In this document: one piece after another, positions 1 through 12,313 of the stretch
How the letters are laid out: every line of letters starts with the position of its first letter
How positions within the stretch are numbered: position 1 is the first letter of the stretch
Origin: Cyanobacteria bacterium P01_A01_bin.123
Lineage (GTDB): Bacteria > Cyanobacteriota > Cyanobacteriia > Phormidesmidales > Phormidesmidaceae
DNA: 64,000 nucleotides
Assembly (NCBI GenBank): GCA_039815185.1
Contig: JBCBZT010000008.1
Coordinates: 128,001 to 192,000 of the forward strand
Reading direction: 5' to 3'
The notes under the pieces: model-generated
Database searches by the model: none
Seen by the model: the letters and a program-made list of their open reading frames with translations, nothing else
What the model was told of the DNA's origin: nothing
Program-made: the position numbers and the translations under genes

Positions 1-588
1 AAAAGAATTTTACATTTTAAGCATGATTTTACAGTTCCTTTAACGTGAAACCGATCCCTGTGCGCTGGACTACGGCTTTGAGCTTTTTAGTCGTAGAGAT
101 AGCGGATGAATCCGAAGAAAACCCAAAGAAACCCCGAATACTTTCTCTAAATTGCCGTCAAAATCGGTTCCCTGTCTTAACCTTGGTAGCTAAGCACGAT
201 TGCAGGGACTCTATGATCGCGTTAGAACTAGTGAGGCATGATCAAAACCAGCATTCTTTATGCATTCTTCAACGGATAAAGGTCTTGACTAGCAAACTGT
301 TAAGCCCAACCTAAGTCGTGTGTGTCAAGCCAAGGAAGCGATTACCCTTTGCAAAGGTTATGGGTTGAGTTAAATAATTGTCTTACCTTGCGTTACTGCG
401 AGCGTTGACTTACCAATTTACAACCCAAGATTTTCAGCAAGTTTACTCAAGTTTTTTGAAAGCTCCTCAAGGGCTAAGCTCTAAATCCGTTTTGCATCGA
501 GGCTGAGTTCTGGTTTGCTTTTCAAACGGGTTACAAATGCTTTAGGCATTGTTCAAAATCATTACCCCAGAAGGGTTTTAATGGCGCT

Positions 589-1596
589 GTGAATATTCCA
601 AGTTCGATCATTACGATGTTGGCCGGCATCGTCGTCACCTTAGTCAGTCTTTGGTACGGCCAGAATCATGGTTTGTTGCCAATTGCTGCCTCAGAAGAAG
701 CGGCTCAAGTGGACGATCTGTTCAATGCCATGATGACCATTTCAGTGGGTCTGTTTCTACTGGTTGAAGGGGCACTTGTGGTGGCGGCAATCCGATTTCG
801 CCGCCGACCAGGGGATGAAGGCGACGGTGCTCACATTGAAGGAAACGTCCCGTTGGAGATTCTATGGACAGCCATTCCTGCGGTGATCGTTCTTGGCATC
901 TCGGTCTACAGCTTCGAGGTCTATACCGAGATGGGTGGCCTAGAACCCATGGCCCCTATGCAGTCTCCGAAAACCGTAGAGATTGCCTATGCTTCTTCTG
1001 GTTCTGAAGATGGCACCATGCCGCTGATGATTGGGGACAAGGAGATGGCCTCAAATATTGGCATTGGCGTCAGTCCTGGTCAGGGTGAACCCGATGTCAC
1101 GGTCAATGTCATGGCCGTACAGTATGCCTTTATCTTTACCTATCCTGACAGTGGCGTCGTTTCTGGTGAACTGTATGTGCCTTCGGGCAAGCAGGTCAAG
1201 CTTAATATGAACGCTCAGGATGTGCTTCATGCTTTCTGGCTACCAGAGTTACGCATTAAGCAAGACGTGATTCCCGGAAGCGAGACGGAGTTGGCCTTTA
1301 CGCCCACCGTTGAAGGCACCTATCCGGTGATTTGCGCTGAGCTATGTGGGCCCTACCACGGTGCTATGAAGACCCAGATGGTGGTGCAGTCTCCCGATGA
1401 CTTTAATGCTTGGGTGCAGTCTCAAGTGGCCCTGGGCAATGTAGCGGATGAGACCGTTGCCGCTGCTCCCACAGAACGCAGTGATGCAGATTATTTAGCG
1501 GCACTCGCTGAGCCTCTGAGTTTACAGGTGGATCACCAAGCGATCGCTCATCTCCATAGCGAGCACAACCACAACCACACTGCGATGGCCTTCTAG
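589..1596 (+). CDS. ctaC: cytochrome c oxidase subunit II (aa3-type, CuA)
   Basis: TM helices, LEILWTAIP motif, DVLHAFW and CuA motif CAELCGPYHGAM; first gene of the ctaCDE order. Confidence 0.97.
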   Translation: MNIPSSIITMLAGIVVTLVSLWYGQNHGLLPIAASEEAAQVDDLFNAMMTISVGLFLLVEGALVVAAIRFRRRPGDEGDGAHIEGNVPLEILWTAIPAVIVLGISVYSFEVYTEMGGLEPMAPMQSPKTVEIAYASSGSEDGTMPLMIGDKEMASNIGIGVSPGQGEPDVTVNVMAVQYAFIFTYPDSGVVSGELYVPSGKQVKLNMNAQDVLHAFWLPELRIKQDVIPGSETELAFTPTVEGTYPVICAELCGPYHGAMKTQMVVQSPDDFNAWVQSQVALGNVADETVAAAPTERSDADYLAALAEPLSLQVDHQAIAHLHSEHNHNHTAMAF

Positions 1597-1710
1597 GCGT
1601 AAACCACATCTGATTTAAAGCCTCCAGGTCTCGACTCAAGGAAAAAACTATGGATCTGGATGTGGACGCAGTACAGAAGCTTAACCGTATAACGTTTTAA
1701 ACACAGGGTT

Positions 1711-3387
1711 ATGACACAGGTTGACGTTAAAGAAGCCCAGTCTCCACAACCGCCCCACGGGCACGATCAGGAGCGCAAGTGGATAGACTATTTTACCTTT
1801 TGCACCGATCACAAGGTGATTGGCATTCAGTACCTGGTTACGGCGTTTGTCTTCTATATAATTGGCGGCATCTTTGCCACCATGATGCGGACAGAGTTAG
1901 CCACGCCTGATCCTGACTTTGTGACACCGGATGTGTATAACGGCCTCTTGACGCTCCACGGGACAGTGATGCTGTTTTTGTGGATTGTGCCAGCTGGGGC
2001 TGGGCTCGCCAATTACCTGATTCCCCTGATGATTGGGGCACGGGATATGGCATTTCCTCGACTCAACGCGATCGCGTTTTGGATGATTCCGCCATCTGGC
2101 ATCTTGTTGCTGAGCAGCTATTTCTTTGAGCCACCCGGTGCGGGATGGACTTCCTATCCGCCGCTGAGCCTCACCCTGGGGCAACTCGGCCAGGGGATCT
2201 GGATTATGAGCATTCTAATTGGTGGAACCGCGTCTATTTTGGGTGGGATCAACTTCATCACCACCATTCTGAAGATGCGGGTGCCCAGTATGTCCATCAA
2301 TCAGATGCCACTGTTTTGTTGGTCAATGCTAGCCACTTCATTTTTGATTTTGGTGAGTACCCCAGTCCTAGCGGGAGCGCTGATTTTGCTAGCCTTTGAT
2401 CTGCTAGCCGGAACCAACTTTTTTGACCCTACTGGGGGTGGCAATCCAGTTGTCTACCAGCACATGTTCTGGTTTTATTCCCACCCAGCGGTGTACATCT
2501 TTGTGCTACCCCTGTTCGGGGCGATTTCGGATGTGATTCCGGTGCATGCCCGCAAGCCGATATTTGGCTATAAAGCGATTGCCTATTCCAGTCTTGCTAT
2601 CAGCTTCTTGGGCCTGATTGTCTGGGCTCACCACATGTTTACCAGCGGCACCCCACCCTGGATGCGGATGTTCTTTATGATCACCACCATGGTGATCGCT
2701 GTGCCCACGGGCATTAAGGTCTTTGGCTGGGTGGCTACTTTGTGGCGTGGCAAGATTGCCTTCACCAGCGCCATGCTGTTTGCCCTGGGTTTTATTGCCA
2801 CCTTCTTGATTGGCGGCATTAGTGGGGTAATGCTGGCGGCGGTGCCTTTCGACATCCATGTCCACGATACCTATTTTGTGGTAGCCCACTTCCACTATGT
2901 GCTGTTTGGCGGGGCCGTGTTTGGGGTCTACATGGCGGTTTACCACTGGTTCCCCAAGATGACTGGGCGCATGATGAACGAATTTTGGGGCCGGGTGCAC
3001 TTTGTCCTCACCTTTGTAGGGATGAACCTGACCTTCATGCCCATGCATGAGTTGGGGCTGCGCGGTATGAATCGCCGCATTGCTCTGTACGATCCTCAGT
3101 TCACTGATTTGAACCAGTTGGCCACCATTGGATCTTATGTTTTGGCGGTTTCTACGATTCCGTTTTTAATCAATGCGGTGTGGAGTTGGGCCTTTGGCGA
3201 AAAAGCACCGGCTAATCCGTGGCGGGCATTAACCCTGGAGTGGCAAACCACTTCGCCACCGATGGTAGAAAATTTTGAGGAACTACCTGTCCTCAAAACT
3301 GGCCCTTATGATTATGGTCTAGGCTACATTCCTAGTCCTGACCCACCAGAACTCTATGGGGATGCCCCCAAACAGGTACCTGCCTAG
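1711..3387 (+). CDS. ctaD: cytochrome c oxidase subunit I
   Basis: TDHKVIG, GWTSYPPL, WFYSHPAVY, WAHHMF, HDTYFVVAHFHY heme/CuB motifs. Confidence 0.98.
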   Translation: MTQVDVKEAQSPQPPHGHDQERKWIDYFTFCTDHKVIGIQYLVTAFVFYIIGGIFATMMRTELATPDPDFVTPDVYNGLLTLHGTVMLFLWIVPAGAGLANYLIPLMIGARDMAFPRLNAIAFWMIPPSGILLLSSYFFEPPGAGWTSYPPLSLTLGQLGQGIWIMSILIGGTASILGGINFITTILKMRVPSMSINQMPLFCWSMLATSFLILVSTPVLAGALILLAFDLLAGTNFFDPTGGGNPVVYQHMFWFYSHPAVYIFVLPLFGAISDVIPVHARKPIFGYKAIAYSSLAISFLGLIVWAHHMFTSGTPPWMRMFFMITTMVIAVPTGIKVFGWVATLWRGKIAFTSAMLFALGFIATFLIGGISGVMLAAVPFDIHVHDTYFVVAHFHYVLFGGAVFGVYMAVYHWFPKMTGRMMNEFWGRVHFVLTFVGMNLTFMPMHELGLRGMNRRIALYDPQFTDLNQLATIGSYVLAVSTIPFLINAVWSWAFGEKAPANPWRALTLEWQTTSPPMVENFEELPVLKTGPYDYGLGYIPSPDPPELYGDAPKQVPA

Positions 3388-3420
3388 GCTTTTCTTGTTC
3401 AATCTTGATTTTTTATTGCC

Positions 3421-4044
3421 ATGACCACGCAAGGTTCTGCCATTGAGACTTCAGAGACCGTGTTTGCTGCTGAACAACATGGGGCCGCCCATGCTGAAGA
3501 ACACCATGATTTTCGAATCTTTGGCTTGATTTTGTTCTTGGCCGCTGAAAGCATGATCTTTCTCGGCTTGTTCTCAGCCTATTTGGCCTTTCGAGTGATG
3601 GCACCTGACTGGCCCCCAGAGGGAACACCCGAGCTAGAAGTACTGTTGCCCGGCATTAACACCATCATTCTGATCTCCAGCAGTTTTGTGATCCACCAGG
3701 CTGACACCGCAATTAAGAAAAATGATGTCGGTGGCATGCAAAAGTGGTTTGCTATCACCGCCTTGATGGGCGCTATCTTCTTAGCGGGTCAGGTCTATGA
3801 GTACAGCAACCTGGAGTTTGGTCTGACGACTAACCAGTTTGCCAGCACTTTTTATGCCCTCACTGGATTCCATGGGCTGCACGTATTTGTAGGGATCTTG
3901 TTGATGCTGGCGGTGTTGTGGCGATCGCGTCAAACCGCCCATTACTCCAGTAAGAACCACTTTGGCATCGAAGCTGCCGAGCTTTACTGGCACTTTGTAG
4001 ACGTGGTTTGGATTGTACTATTCTTGTTGCTTTACATTCTTTAA
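3421..4044 (+). CDS. ctaE: cytochrome c oxidase subunit III
   Basis: TGFHGLHV and YWHFVDVVW motifs; follows ctaD. Confidence 0.97.
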   Translation: MTTQGSAIETSETVFAAEQHGAAHAEEHHDFRIFGLILFLAAESMIFLGLFSAYLAFRVMAPDWPPEGTPELEVLLPGINTIILISSSFVIHQADTAIKKNDVGGMQKWFAITALMGAIFLAGQVYEYSNLEFGLTTNQFASTFYALTGFHGLHVFVGILLMLAVLWRSRQTAHYSSKNHFGIEAAELYWHFVDVVWIVLFLLLYIL

Positions 4045-4173
4045 GGGCGGATTCTCTGGGCAATCAGAAGCCAGAAGCGTTGGAATGCTGACGCCTGACT
4101 CCTCCATTCTGCACTCTTTCTTAGAGAGAACTGCTCACATCAAGTTGATAGTCCACAATTGAGCTAAACCCAG

Positions 4174-4206
4174 GGGTGCCCTGCTTGTCAGAGTCACCCT
4201 TTTTTC
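4174..4206 (+). terminator. possible intrinsic terminator after ctaCDE
   Basis: imperfect hairpin GGGTGCCCTG/CAGAGTCACCC followed by a T run. Confidence 0.4.
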
Positions 4207-4315
4207 ATGTTTTTGAGCGAAACGCAAAAAAAGTCGTCGATCCGAGAATTTTCTGATATAAACTGTGCAAACTCGCACATAATAGGGCGTGCCAATCTCG
4301 ATTCTTCTGGCTTAG

Positions 4316-6340
4316 ATGCAAAAGTCATATGGCTCTTCAGCTTCAAAACGTCGCCGTCCTCCCCGCAGAAGAGGAAAAAGGCGGAGGACAAGTCCTTGGC
4401 GACTGGGGCGATTTGCATTTAGTTGCATTTTACTGGTGGCGATCGCGACTTCTTTCTTAGACGCGTTCAATCAGGCCCAGTCAGAATCGATACTCAACAG
4501 CCAACCCCCGACTGTTGAAACAAGCTTAAGCGGCACCCTACGCCAAGACGAATTGGGTGAGAAAGTCACTCAGTTGGTTGATCCCAATGATCGCCCGCTA
4601 CTTTCACCACTCCCCGTTGCCGAAGAAATTTGGGAATGTGAAGTGGTGGTGGTTGGCGGTTCCTTGGGGGGTATCGCGGCAGCCAGCCATGCCATGGCTA
4701 GCGGTGCGCAAACCTGCCTAATTGAGCTGACTCCTTGGCTGGGGGGACAAATTAGTTCCCAAGGGGTGCCTGCATTGGATGAATCCGGTGCGATGCAGGC
4801 TAAGCAAAATTTTTCAGCTAGCTGGCGGGCCTTCAAAGAGTTGGTTTCACAGCAGCCCGTCAATCTACCTGCCTGGACCGGGCTAGAGTCTCCCCAACGG
4901 GTTTCTAATACGAATAGTTGTTGGGTCAGCGGCCTGTGCTTTTTGCCCCGCGCGGGTGCCACTGCGTCTCAACAGTGGCTGCAAGCCGCCGCATCTAAAG
5001 CGCCGGGTAGTCGCTGGGGAACCTCCATTGCTTTTAAGGGGGCATCCTTTGATGCCTCAGGCAGACAAATTACGTCGATTTATGCCGTCAAACGGATTCC
5101 AAAGGACGAGCGCTATGCTCCTTTAGGTCGCCTTTCTCAGGAGTTGGTGAGTTGGTATTCTTGGGCCGACGACGACACCTATGATAAGGTGCCGATTCGG
5201 CTCCAGCCTGTGCCAGGTAAACCCATGTTTGTGATTGATGCCACCGACACGGGAGAACTGATTGGTTGGGCTAATATCCCCCACCGCACTGGATCTGAGC
5301 CCAAATCGCTCACTGGAGAAGTGAACGCTCCCGAAGTGGGCAACCCAGACTGTAATCAGGCTTACACCTTTCCCTTCGTGATGGGGATTTTAGATGACGG
5401 CGGCGAAAGCCATCGGCAACTCCAGAAAGTGCAACCGGGCTTTTCGCGGGAAGAACACCGCAGTCGGTTCAATCTCGAAGGGTTTCCCATGTTTCATGGG
5501 GGCAGTTTATTTAACTACCGACGGATCATCAGCACCACCCTTAGCGATCCCAGGCATGGAAAGTCCGTACCAGGAGACTTGTCGATCATCAACTGGAATC
5601 GGGGGAATGATTGGGTATTTATGGATCCCCCAGTTTTGTTGACCGAAGATAAGATTGTGGCGTCGGGTCAACGGCAAAACTGGATGGGGGGATTGTCTCT
5701 AGAATCACTCAAGGAAGGGGAAAACCATAGCCTATTATTTGCAGAATGGTTGATTGAAACCCAGACCCGGCCGGGCCTCCCCCTAACCTTTCTGGGGGGA
5801 GTTGATTCGCCTTTAGGCACCCAGTCTGGATTGAGTATGTATCCCTATATTCGAGAGGGGCGGCGGATTTTAGGCCGTCCGGCCTATGGGCAAGAAACGT
5901 TTATGATCTTGGAATCTGATATTCGCACCGATCTTTCCGCAGGGCGTGACTTTAGCCCGACCGTGGTGGCCCTAGCCCATTATGATGTGGACATTCACGG
6001 TTGCCTCTATCGCAATTCTGACGATACGGGAGAAGCTGCCGCTGCCAGTGTAAAAGAATACGTGGTGCGACCCCTGCAAATTCCGATAGAAGCGCTGATT
6101 CCGATTGGGGTGGATAATCTGTTGATGGGCGGTAAAGGAATTGCCGTCAGCCATATTGCCAATGCCGTCACCCGGCTGCACTACGCTGAATGGAGTGTGG
6201 GTGCCTCTGCTGGGGCGATGGCGGGATGGATTCATAATCAAGATACCCCTGGGTTGATGCCGCCTGATATTGTGCCCACTGGTCGATTTATGACGTTGAA
6301 TGAATATTTAATGTCCCAGGGGTTGAAGTTTACTTGGTGA
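4316..6340 (+). CDS. FAD-dependent oxidoreductase, N-terminally anchored
   Basis: Rossmann-like VVVVGGSLGG, LGGQISSQG, PYIREGRR, HYDVDIH; Arg-rich N-terminus followed by a hydrophobic segment. Confidence 0.85.
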   Translation: MQKSYGSSASKRRRPPRRRGKRRRTSPWRLGRFAFSCILLVAIATSFLDAFNQAQSESILNSQPPTVETSLSGTLRQDELGEKVTQLVDPNDRPLLSPLPVAEEIWECEVVVVGGSLGGIAAASHAMASGAQTCLIELTPWLGGQISSQGVPALDESGAMQAKQNFSASWRAFKELVSQQPVNLPAWTGLESPQRVSNTNSCWVSGLCFLPRAGATASQQWLQAAASKAPGSRWGTSIAFKGASFDASGRQITSIYAVKRIPKDERYAPLGRLSQELVSWYSWADDDTYDKVPIRLQPVPGKPMFVIDATDTGELIGWANIPHRTGSEPKSLTGEVNAPEVGNPDCNQAYTFPFVMGILDDGGESHRQLQKVQPGFSREEHRSRFNLEGFPMFHGGSLFNYRRIISTTLSDPRHGKSVPGDLSIINWNRGNDWVFMDPPVLLTEDKIVASGQRQNWMGGLSLESLKEGENHSLLFAEWLIETQTRPGLPLTFLGGVDSPLGTQSGLSMYPYIREGRRILGRPAYGQETFMILESDIRTDLSAGRDFSPTVVALAHYDVDIHGCLYRNSDDTGEAAAASVKEYVVRPLQIPIEALIPIGVDNLLMGGKGIAVSHIANAVTRLHYAEWSVGASAGAMAGWIHNQDTPGLMPPDIVPTGRFMTLNEYLMSQGLKFTW

Positions 6341-6497
6341 GGCGTGAGGGGAAAAGGGAAATAATGGGAGCGGAGCTCGAAATTTACCTTGTTCAAGTCC
6401 AGACCTAGCGTTTTGTCTGTAGGGAAACGCCAGCTTCCGAGCTGGACTTGGGTTAAGCTGCCTAAGAGGTTTCTTTAAGCGTATCGATGGTTACCTG

Positions 6498-6534
6498 AGC
6501 CGCCCCCCTGCCCCCCAATTCTGGGGGGGGGGCT
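6498..6534. repeat. short C-rich/G-rich palindromic repeat (CCCCCAATTCTGGGGG core)
   Basis: same core as in the MITE-like element at 19467-19638. Confidence 0.6.
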
Positions 6535-6567
6535 GAAGTTCAAATAATCACAAATCTAAAATCCAAA

Positions 6568-7749
6568 ATGGTCATGACATCAGGGTTACCACATCGGGGA
6601 TGGTCTAGATGGCTGTTAGGTGGGGTGCTAACCCTAGCCTTACTGTTAAGTAGTTGTACGCTACCCCAGGTTAGTGCGGAAGAGCGGCTATTTTTACACC
6701 TCTCACTGGATTTGGTGGGAACCTACACCCTGCCTAAACAAACCTTTGAAGAAACGCCTGTGGGTGGAATTTCTGCGATCGCTTATGATGCCGAACGCGA
6801 TCGCGTTTATGCCCTCTCTGATGATCGCGGACGACTTGCTCCCTCACGGTTTTATACCCTGAGGCTAGGGGAGACATCGAACACTTTAGACGAGATGACA
6901 ATCGAGTCAGTCACCCTACTCAGGGATGCAGGAGGTGAATTATTTCCCGTCGACAGTCTTGATCCAGAAGGGATGGCTTTATCTCCTCGCAATACGCTGA
7001 TGATTTCCAGTGAAGGCGTTGGTGTTAGCGGCTCCCCCCCTCGGCTGATGGAATTTGACCGCGATACCGGGCAGTTGATGACTGAATTTCGCTTACCCGA
7101 TCGCTATTTGCCCAGCCCAGATCCATCCAATCCTGAAGGTGGCATCACTCAAGGAGTGCAAGATAATCTCAGCCTAGAGGCCTTAACCGTGAGCGGTGTC
7201 CCCAGTCGCGGTACCTGGGTAGAACCTTTCCGCCTATTTGTTGCCACCGAAGGCCCTCTGCGACAAGATGTGGATGAAGACTTCGCGATCGCACCTAAGA
7301 ATCGCCTACTGCATTACCTGATTGGCCAAGATCAATCCACGCTGATTTCAGAACATATCTACCCCCTTGAGATTGCGCCAACTGGGGCTATCGTTAATGG
7401 CCTATCCGAGTTGCTCAGCCTTGATCAAGCTGGCCATTTTCTAGGCCTAGAACGGGCATTTGGGTTCAAAGGATTTGAGATTAAACTCTATCAATTGGCC
7501 ACTGGGGGGGCCACAGACAGCTCAACCCTGGTCAGCGCTAAAGGTGAGCTCAACGGAATTACGCCGATTCAAAAACAGCTTGTGCTCGATTTGGCTGATC
7601 TTGATATTCCCCTTGATAATTTTGAAGCTATGACCTTAGGGGTGCCTGTAGACAATGGCAATCAGAGCCTTTTATTAGCGAGTGATGATAATTTCGATGA
7701 CGCCCAAACAACCGAATTCTTGTTATTTAAACTACAACTTACTCCCTAA
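6568..7749 (+). CDS. esterase-like activity of phytase family protein (probable lipoprotein)
   Basis: lipobox-like LSSC; GGISAI, ALSDDRG, DPEG, ISSEG, DNFEA, SDDNF motifs. Confidence 0.85.
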   Translation: MVMTSGLPHRGWSRWLLGGVLTLALLLSSCTLPQVSAEERLFLHLSLDLVGTYTLPKQTFEETPVGGISAIAYDAERDRVYALSDDRGRLAPSRFYTLRLGETSNTLDEMTIESVTLLRDAGGELFPVDSLDPEGMALSPRNTLMISSEGVGVSGSPPRLMEFDRDTGQLMTEFRLPDRYLPSPDPSNPEGGITQGVQDNLSLEALTVSGVPSRGTWVEPFRLFVATEGPLRQDVDEDFAIAPKNRLLHYLIGQDQSTLISEHIYPLEIAPTGAIVNGLSELLSLDQAGHFLGLERAFGFKGFEIKLYQLATGGATDSSTLVSAKGELNGITPIQKQLVLDLADLDIPLDNFEAMTLGVPVDNGNQSLLLASDDNFDDAQTTEFLLFKLQLTP

Positions 7750-7881
7750 ACGCTGCCTAATCTGACGGCCCTTAACGTAACCTGAGAACCGAGTAAATGC
7801 GGGGATTTAAGCCCTTCTCAGCCGCGAATTTGCCAAATGCTTTGTCAGATGTATGGTTTACGAGTCCCCCAAACCTGCTAG

Positions 7882-9069
<1,188 letters not shown>

Positions 9070-9225
9070 TCGTACTCGTTGCCCGAGTGTGGATGGTGGA
9101 ATGTTGGGTTGGTATGTATTAGCAAGATATTGATGCTGACCCAATCAGTCCGCTGCTTTAGGTTGGGCGAGCCTATATGGTTAAATTCCCTCAAGACTCA
9201 GTTTTTCAGCCCTGATGATATTGCC

Positions 9226-10359
9226 ATGCGTATTGCTCTATTTACCGAAACCTTCTTGCCCAAAGTTGACGGTATTGTGACGCGCCTCAAACACACCGTT
9301 GAACAGCTCCAGCGTCTTGGGGATGAGGTGGTTGTGTTTTGCCCGGATGGAGGCTTAACCGAATACAAAGGGGCTAAGGTATGCGGGGTGCCCGGATTCC
9401 CGCTACCGCTGTATCCAGAGTTAAAGCTGGCCTTTCCTCGGCCTTTGATTCGGGCAGAACTGGAGCAATTTCAACCCGATTTGATCCACGTGGTGAATCC
9501 GGCATTTTTGGGGATTTCGGGCATTTATTTTAGTAAGGTGCTCAATATTCAGCTGGTGGCGTCGTACCACACCCACTTGCCTAAGTATTTGGAACACTAT
9601 GGTTTGGGCATGTTGGAGGGGCTACTGTGGGAAATCCTCAAAGCTATGCACAACCAGGCGGAGATCAATCTAGCCACCTCCACGGCGATGCAAGCGGAAT
9701 TAAGCGACCATGGCATTGAGAATGTGCATGTGTGGCAGCGGGGGGTTGATACTGATCTGTTCCGCCCAGAATTGGCCAGTGCAGAGATGCGATCGCGCCT
9801 GAGCCAAGGCCACCCCGAGGCACCCCTACTACTCTATATTGGTCGTCTTTCAGCAGAAAAAGAAATCGACCGAATTAAACCCGTACTGGAGGCTATCCCA
9901 GGGGCACGGCTAGCGTTGGTAGGCGATGGCCCCCATCGAGAAGAGCTGGAAGCCCACTTTGCCGGCACGCGGACGAATTTTGTGGGCTACCTGGGCGGTG
10001 AAGAATTAGCGTCGGCCTATGCTTCAGGTGATGCGTTTATTTTTCCATCGCGTACGGAAACCCTAGGCTTGGTACTACTAGAAGCAATGGCGGCAGGCTG
10101 CCCGGTGGTAGCAGCTAATTCCGGTGGAATTCCCGATATCGTCACCGATGGCCAAAACGGCTTCATGTTTGATCCCCAAGATGAACAGGGGGCGATCGCA
10201 GCCACAAAGCGTTTGCTCGAAGTCTCCGCTGAACGAGAAACCCTACGACTCAATGCGCGTACCGAAGCCGAGAAATGGGGCTGGAACGGCGCAACGCGGC
10301 AGCTTCAAAAGTTTTATCGTCAGGTGGCGGGCGCTGGCTCCATGCCATTAGCGGCTTAA
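9226..10359 (+). CDS. sqdX: sulfoquinovosyldiacylglycerol synthase (GT4 glycosyltransferase)
   Basis: MRIALFTETFLPKVDGIV, ETLGLVLLEAMA; directly follows sqdB; start moved to ATG 9226. Confidence 0.93.
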   Translation: MRIALFTETFLPKVDGIVTRLKHTVEQLQRLGDEVVVFCPDGGLTEYKGAKVCGVPGFPLPLYPELKLAFPRPLIRAELEQFQPDLIHVVNPAFLGISGIYFSKVLNIQLVASYHTHLPKYLEHYGLGMLEGLLWEILKAMHNQAEINLATSTAMQAELSDHGIENVHVWQRGVDTDLFRPELASAEMRSRLSQGHPEAPLLLYIGRLSAEKEIDRIKPVLEAIPGARLALVGDGPHREELEAHFAGTRTNFVGYLGGEELASAYASGDAFIFPSRTETLGLVLLEAMAAGCPVVAANSGGIPDIVTDGQNGFMFDPQDEQGAIAATKRLLEVSAERETLRLNARTEAEKWGWNGATRQLQKFYRQVAGAGSMPLAA

Positions 10360-10494
10360 TTAGCTGCTGACCTGACTCGTTGACGACCAACCTTAACGGT
10401 TTGTTCGGATGTTGAAATAAATTCAACTACGTTTCCCACCGGATTAGTTTTTAGTGCTACTTTTGTTTTGCTAAGTTGATGGAGTGGAGATATC

Positions 10495-11082
10495 GTGCGA
10501 TCGCGCCAGGTCAAAGCTGCTCGCAAATCTAAGTCAAAGCGATTGCGTCTCTGTCAACTCGCGATCGCAGCCTTGGCCCTTTGGTGGGGGCAAGGCCAGA
10601 TTCTCAGTTATTTTGACCAACCAGAAGTTGTCTTAGTGCTGGGAGGAGCCACCGAACGGGAAAAGTTTGCCGCCCAGTTTGCCAAAAACCACCCCGAGGT
10701 TGACATCTGGATTTCCTCTGGGGCCAATCCTGAATATGCTGAAATGGTCTTTGCCCAGGCGAATATTGACCGCGATCGCGTCCGGTTAGATTATGAAGCC
10801 GTAGACACCGTCACTAATTTCACTACTCTGGTAGCAGACCTCAAACGTCAAAACGTAGACTGCATCTATTTGATGACCTCCGACTACCATATGCGTCGAG
10901 CCAAGATCATTGGTCAAATCGTCTTGGGCAGTCAGGGTATTCGCTTCAAACCTATCCCTGTGCCCACTGATCGCGAATCTGAAAACTGGGTTAAAGGCAT
11001 CCGCGATGGTTTACGCTCAGTCGTCTGGGTTTTGACTGGGCACACCGGATCACGCTGGGGGCAAACCCTAGGCAAAAGCTAA
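10495..11082 (+). CDS. YdcF/DUF218 family protein
   Basis: VLVLGG, A.DTVTNF, TSDYHMRRA motifs. Confidence 0.85.
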   Translation: MRSRQVKAARKSKSKRLRLCQLAIAALALWWGQGQILSYFDQPEVVLVLGGATEREKFAAQFAKNHPEVDIWISSGANPEYAEMVFAQANIDRDRVRLDYEAVDTVTNFTTLVADLKRQNVDCIYLMTSDYHMRRAKIIGQIVLGSQGIRFKPIPVPTDRESENWVKGIRDGLRSVVWVLTGHTGSRWGQTLGKS

Positions 11083-11181
11083 CGCGGTAAGGCGTAGCCA
11101 GGCAGACACATCGAAAAGTCAGGGTATACAATAAACACGTACTTTGAGGGACACTGCGCTAAAAATCGAGGTGATACAGTT

Positions 11182-11883
11182 ATGGTCTCCATTGCCGAAT
11201 CTCCCTATACCCAGGAGCAAGTAACCGTATGGCTACGCGGCTTGCTTTCCATGGCCTGGGCTGATGGTCATTTCGATGAAGAAGAAAAAGTCCTAATTAC
11301 AGATATTACCCAAGACGAACTCGCCCCCAGCCTTAACTTTGAGTCATTTGAGCCAATTTCGCCTGAAATCCTAGCTCAAACGCTGCCCCCCAAAAGTGAA
11401 ATTGCCGAAAACTTTTTGCGTATGGCAGTGATGGTCGCTTTGGCTGACGGGGTTTATTCCACCGAAGAAGACGAGATGCTGATTGGCTTTTGTCACGCTT
11501 TAGAACTCGATGCCGAAGTCCTCGCGTCGCTACAGTCCACTCTGTTTGACTTGAAAAGTGCAAGTGCACCAGCATCAGCCCCAGCCAGCGGTCTTACCCC
11601 ACCCGCTCATGGAGATGATCATAAGCTCGATCCCCTTGCCCCGGCACGAGAATGGCTAGACAAACTGGATGTGCATGATCAGCACATGGCACGGTTTTTG
11701 TGCAAAATGATTCCGTCCCAATGTCCCTTTGAACGGGATGTGAAGCTGTTTGGCCACAAGATTGTCCACATTCCCCCCATGTGCAAAATCAACCCCCTCT
11801 ATGAGCAACTTGTGGGCCTACGTTTCCGAGCACTGTCCTATCTCGCTGATGACTGTGGCGAAGATGTTACCCCCTATGTGTAG
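11182..11883 (+). CDS. TerB-like N-terminus plus 'Mo-dependent nitrogenase C-terminal' domain protein
   Basis: AWADG/ALADG TerB-type motifs; C-terminal IPSQCPFERD...HIPPMCKINPLYEQLVGLRFRAL. Confidence 0.85.
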   Translation: MVSIAESPYTQEQVTVWLRGLLSMAWADGHFDEEEKVLITDITQDELAPSLNFESFEPISPEILAQTLPPKSEIAENFLRMAVMVALADGVYSTEEDEMLIGFCHALELDAEVLASLQSTLFDLKSASAPASAPASGLTPPAHGDDHKLDPLAPAREWLDKLDVHDQHMARFLCKMIPSQCPFERDVKLFGHKIVHIPPMCKINPLYEQLVGLRFRALSYLADDCGEDVTPYV

Positions 11884-11979
11884 GCGTTAAATCAACGTCA
11901 CCACTTGTGGAATTGAAGGGTTACGTAGTACCATTAAAGACTGTGTCCAAACTAAGCCAAAACTGTTTAACTGCCAACC

Positions 11980-12177
11980 ATGCCAAAGCTAAAGACCCGC
12001 CGCGCTGCCGCTAAGCGCTTTCGGAAGAGCGGTACTGGTAAAATCATGCGTCGTAAAGCCTTTAAAAACCACCTGCTTGAGCATAAAAGCACTAAGCGTA
12101 AGAGTAACTTGTCTAAAGCAAGTGTTGTTCACGAAGGTGATGTTGAAAATGTGACGTTGATGCTGCCCTATCTCTAA
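11980..12177 (+). CDS. rpmI: 50S ribosomal protein L35
   Basis: [14 protein letters not shown]; upstream of rplT. Confidence 0.98.
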   Translation: MPKLKTRRAAAKRFRKSGTGKIMRRKAFKNHLLEHKSTKRKSNLSKASVVHEGDVENVTLMLPYL

Positions 12178-12313
12178 ACAAGTCATCACAGTGATTTAGA
12201 GACTTGCGATGAGTTACTCATGACAACTGCCCGCGTACAGTGGGCACAACACTGGCATACAAAAAAGATACCAGCAAAACCGTAGGGATATAAGAACGTA
12301 GGGATTACTCAAA

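Noticed and set aside
45..314. 89-aa ORF upstream of ctaC
   Set aside because: No recognisable motif or RBS; more likely the promoter/leader region of the oxidase operon
11182..11883. Nitrogen fixation inferred from the 'Mo-dependent nitrogenase C-terminal' domain
   Set aside because: The domain name is historical; there are no nif genes in the window
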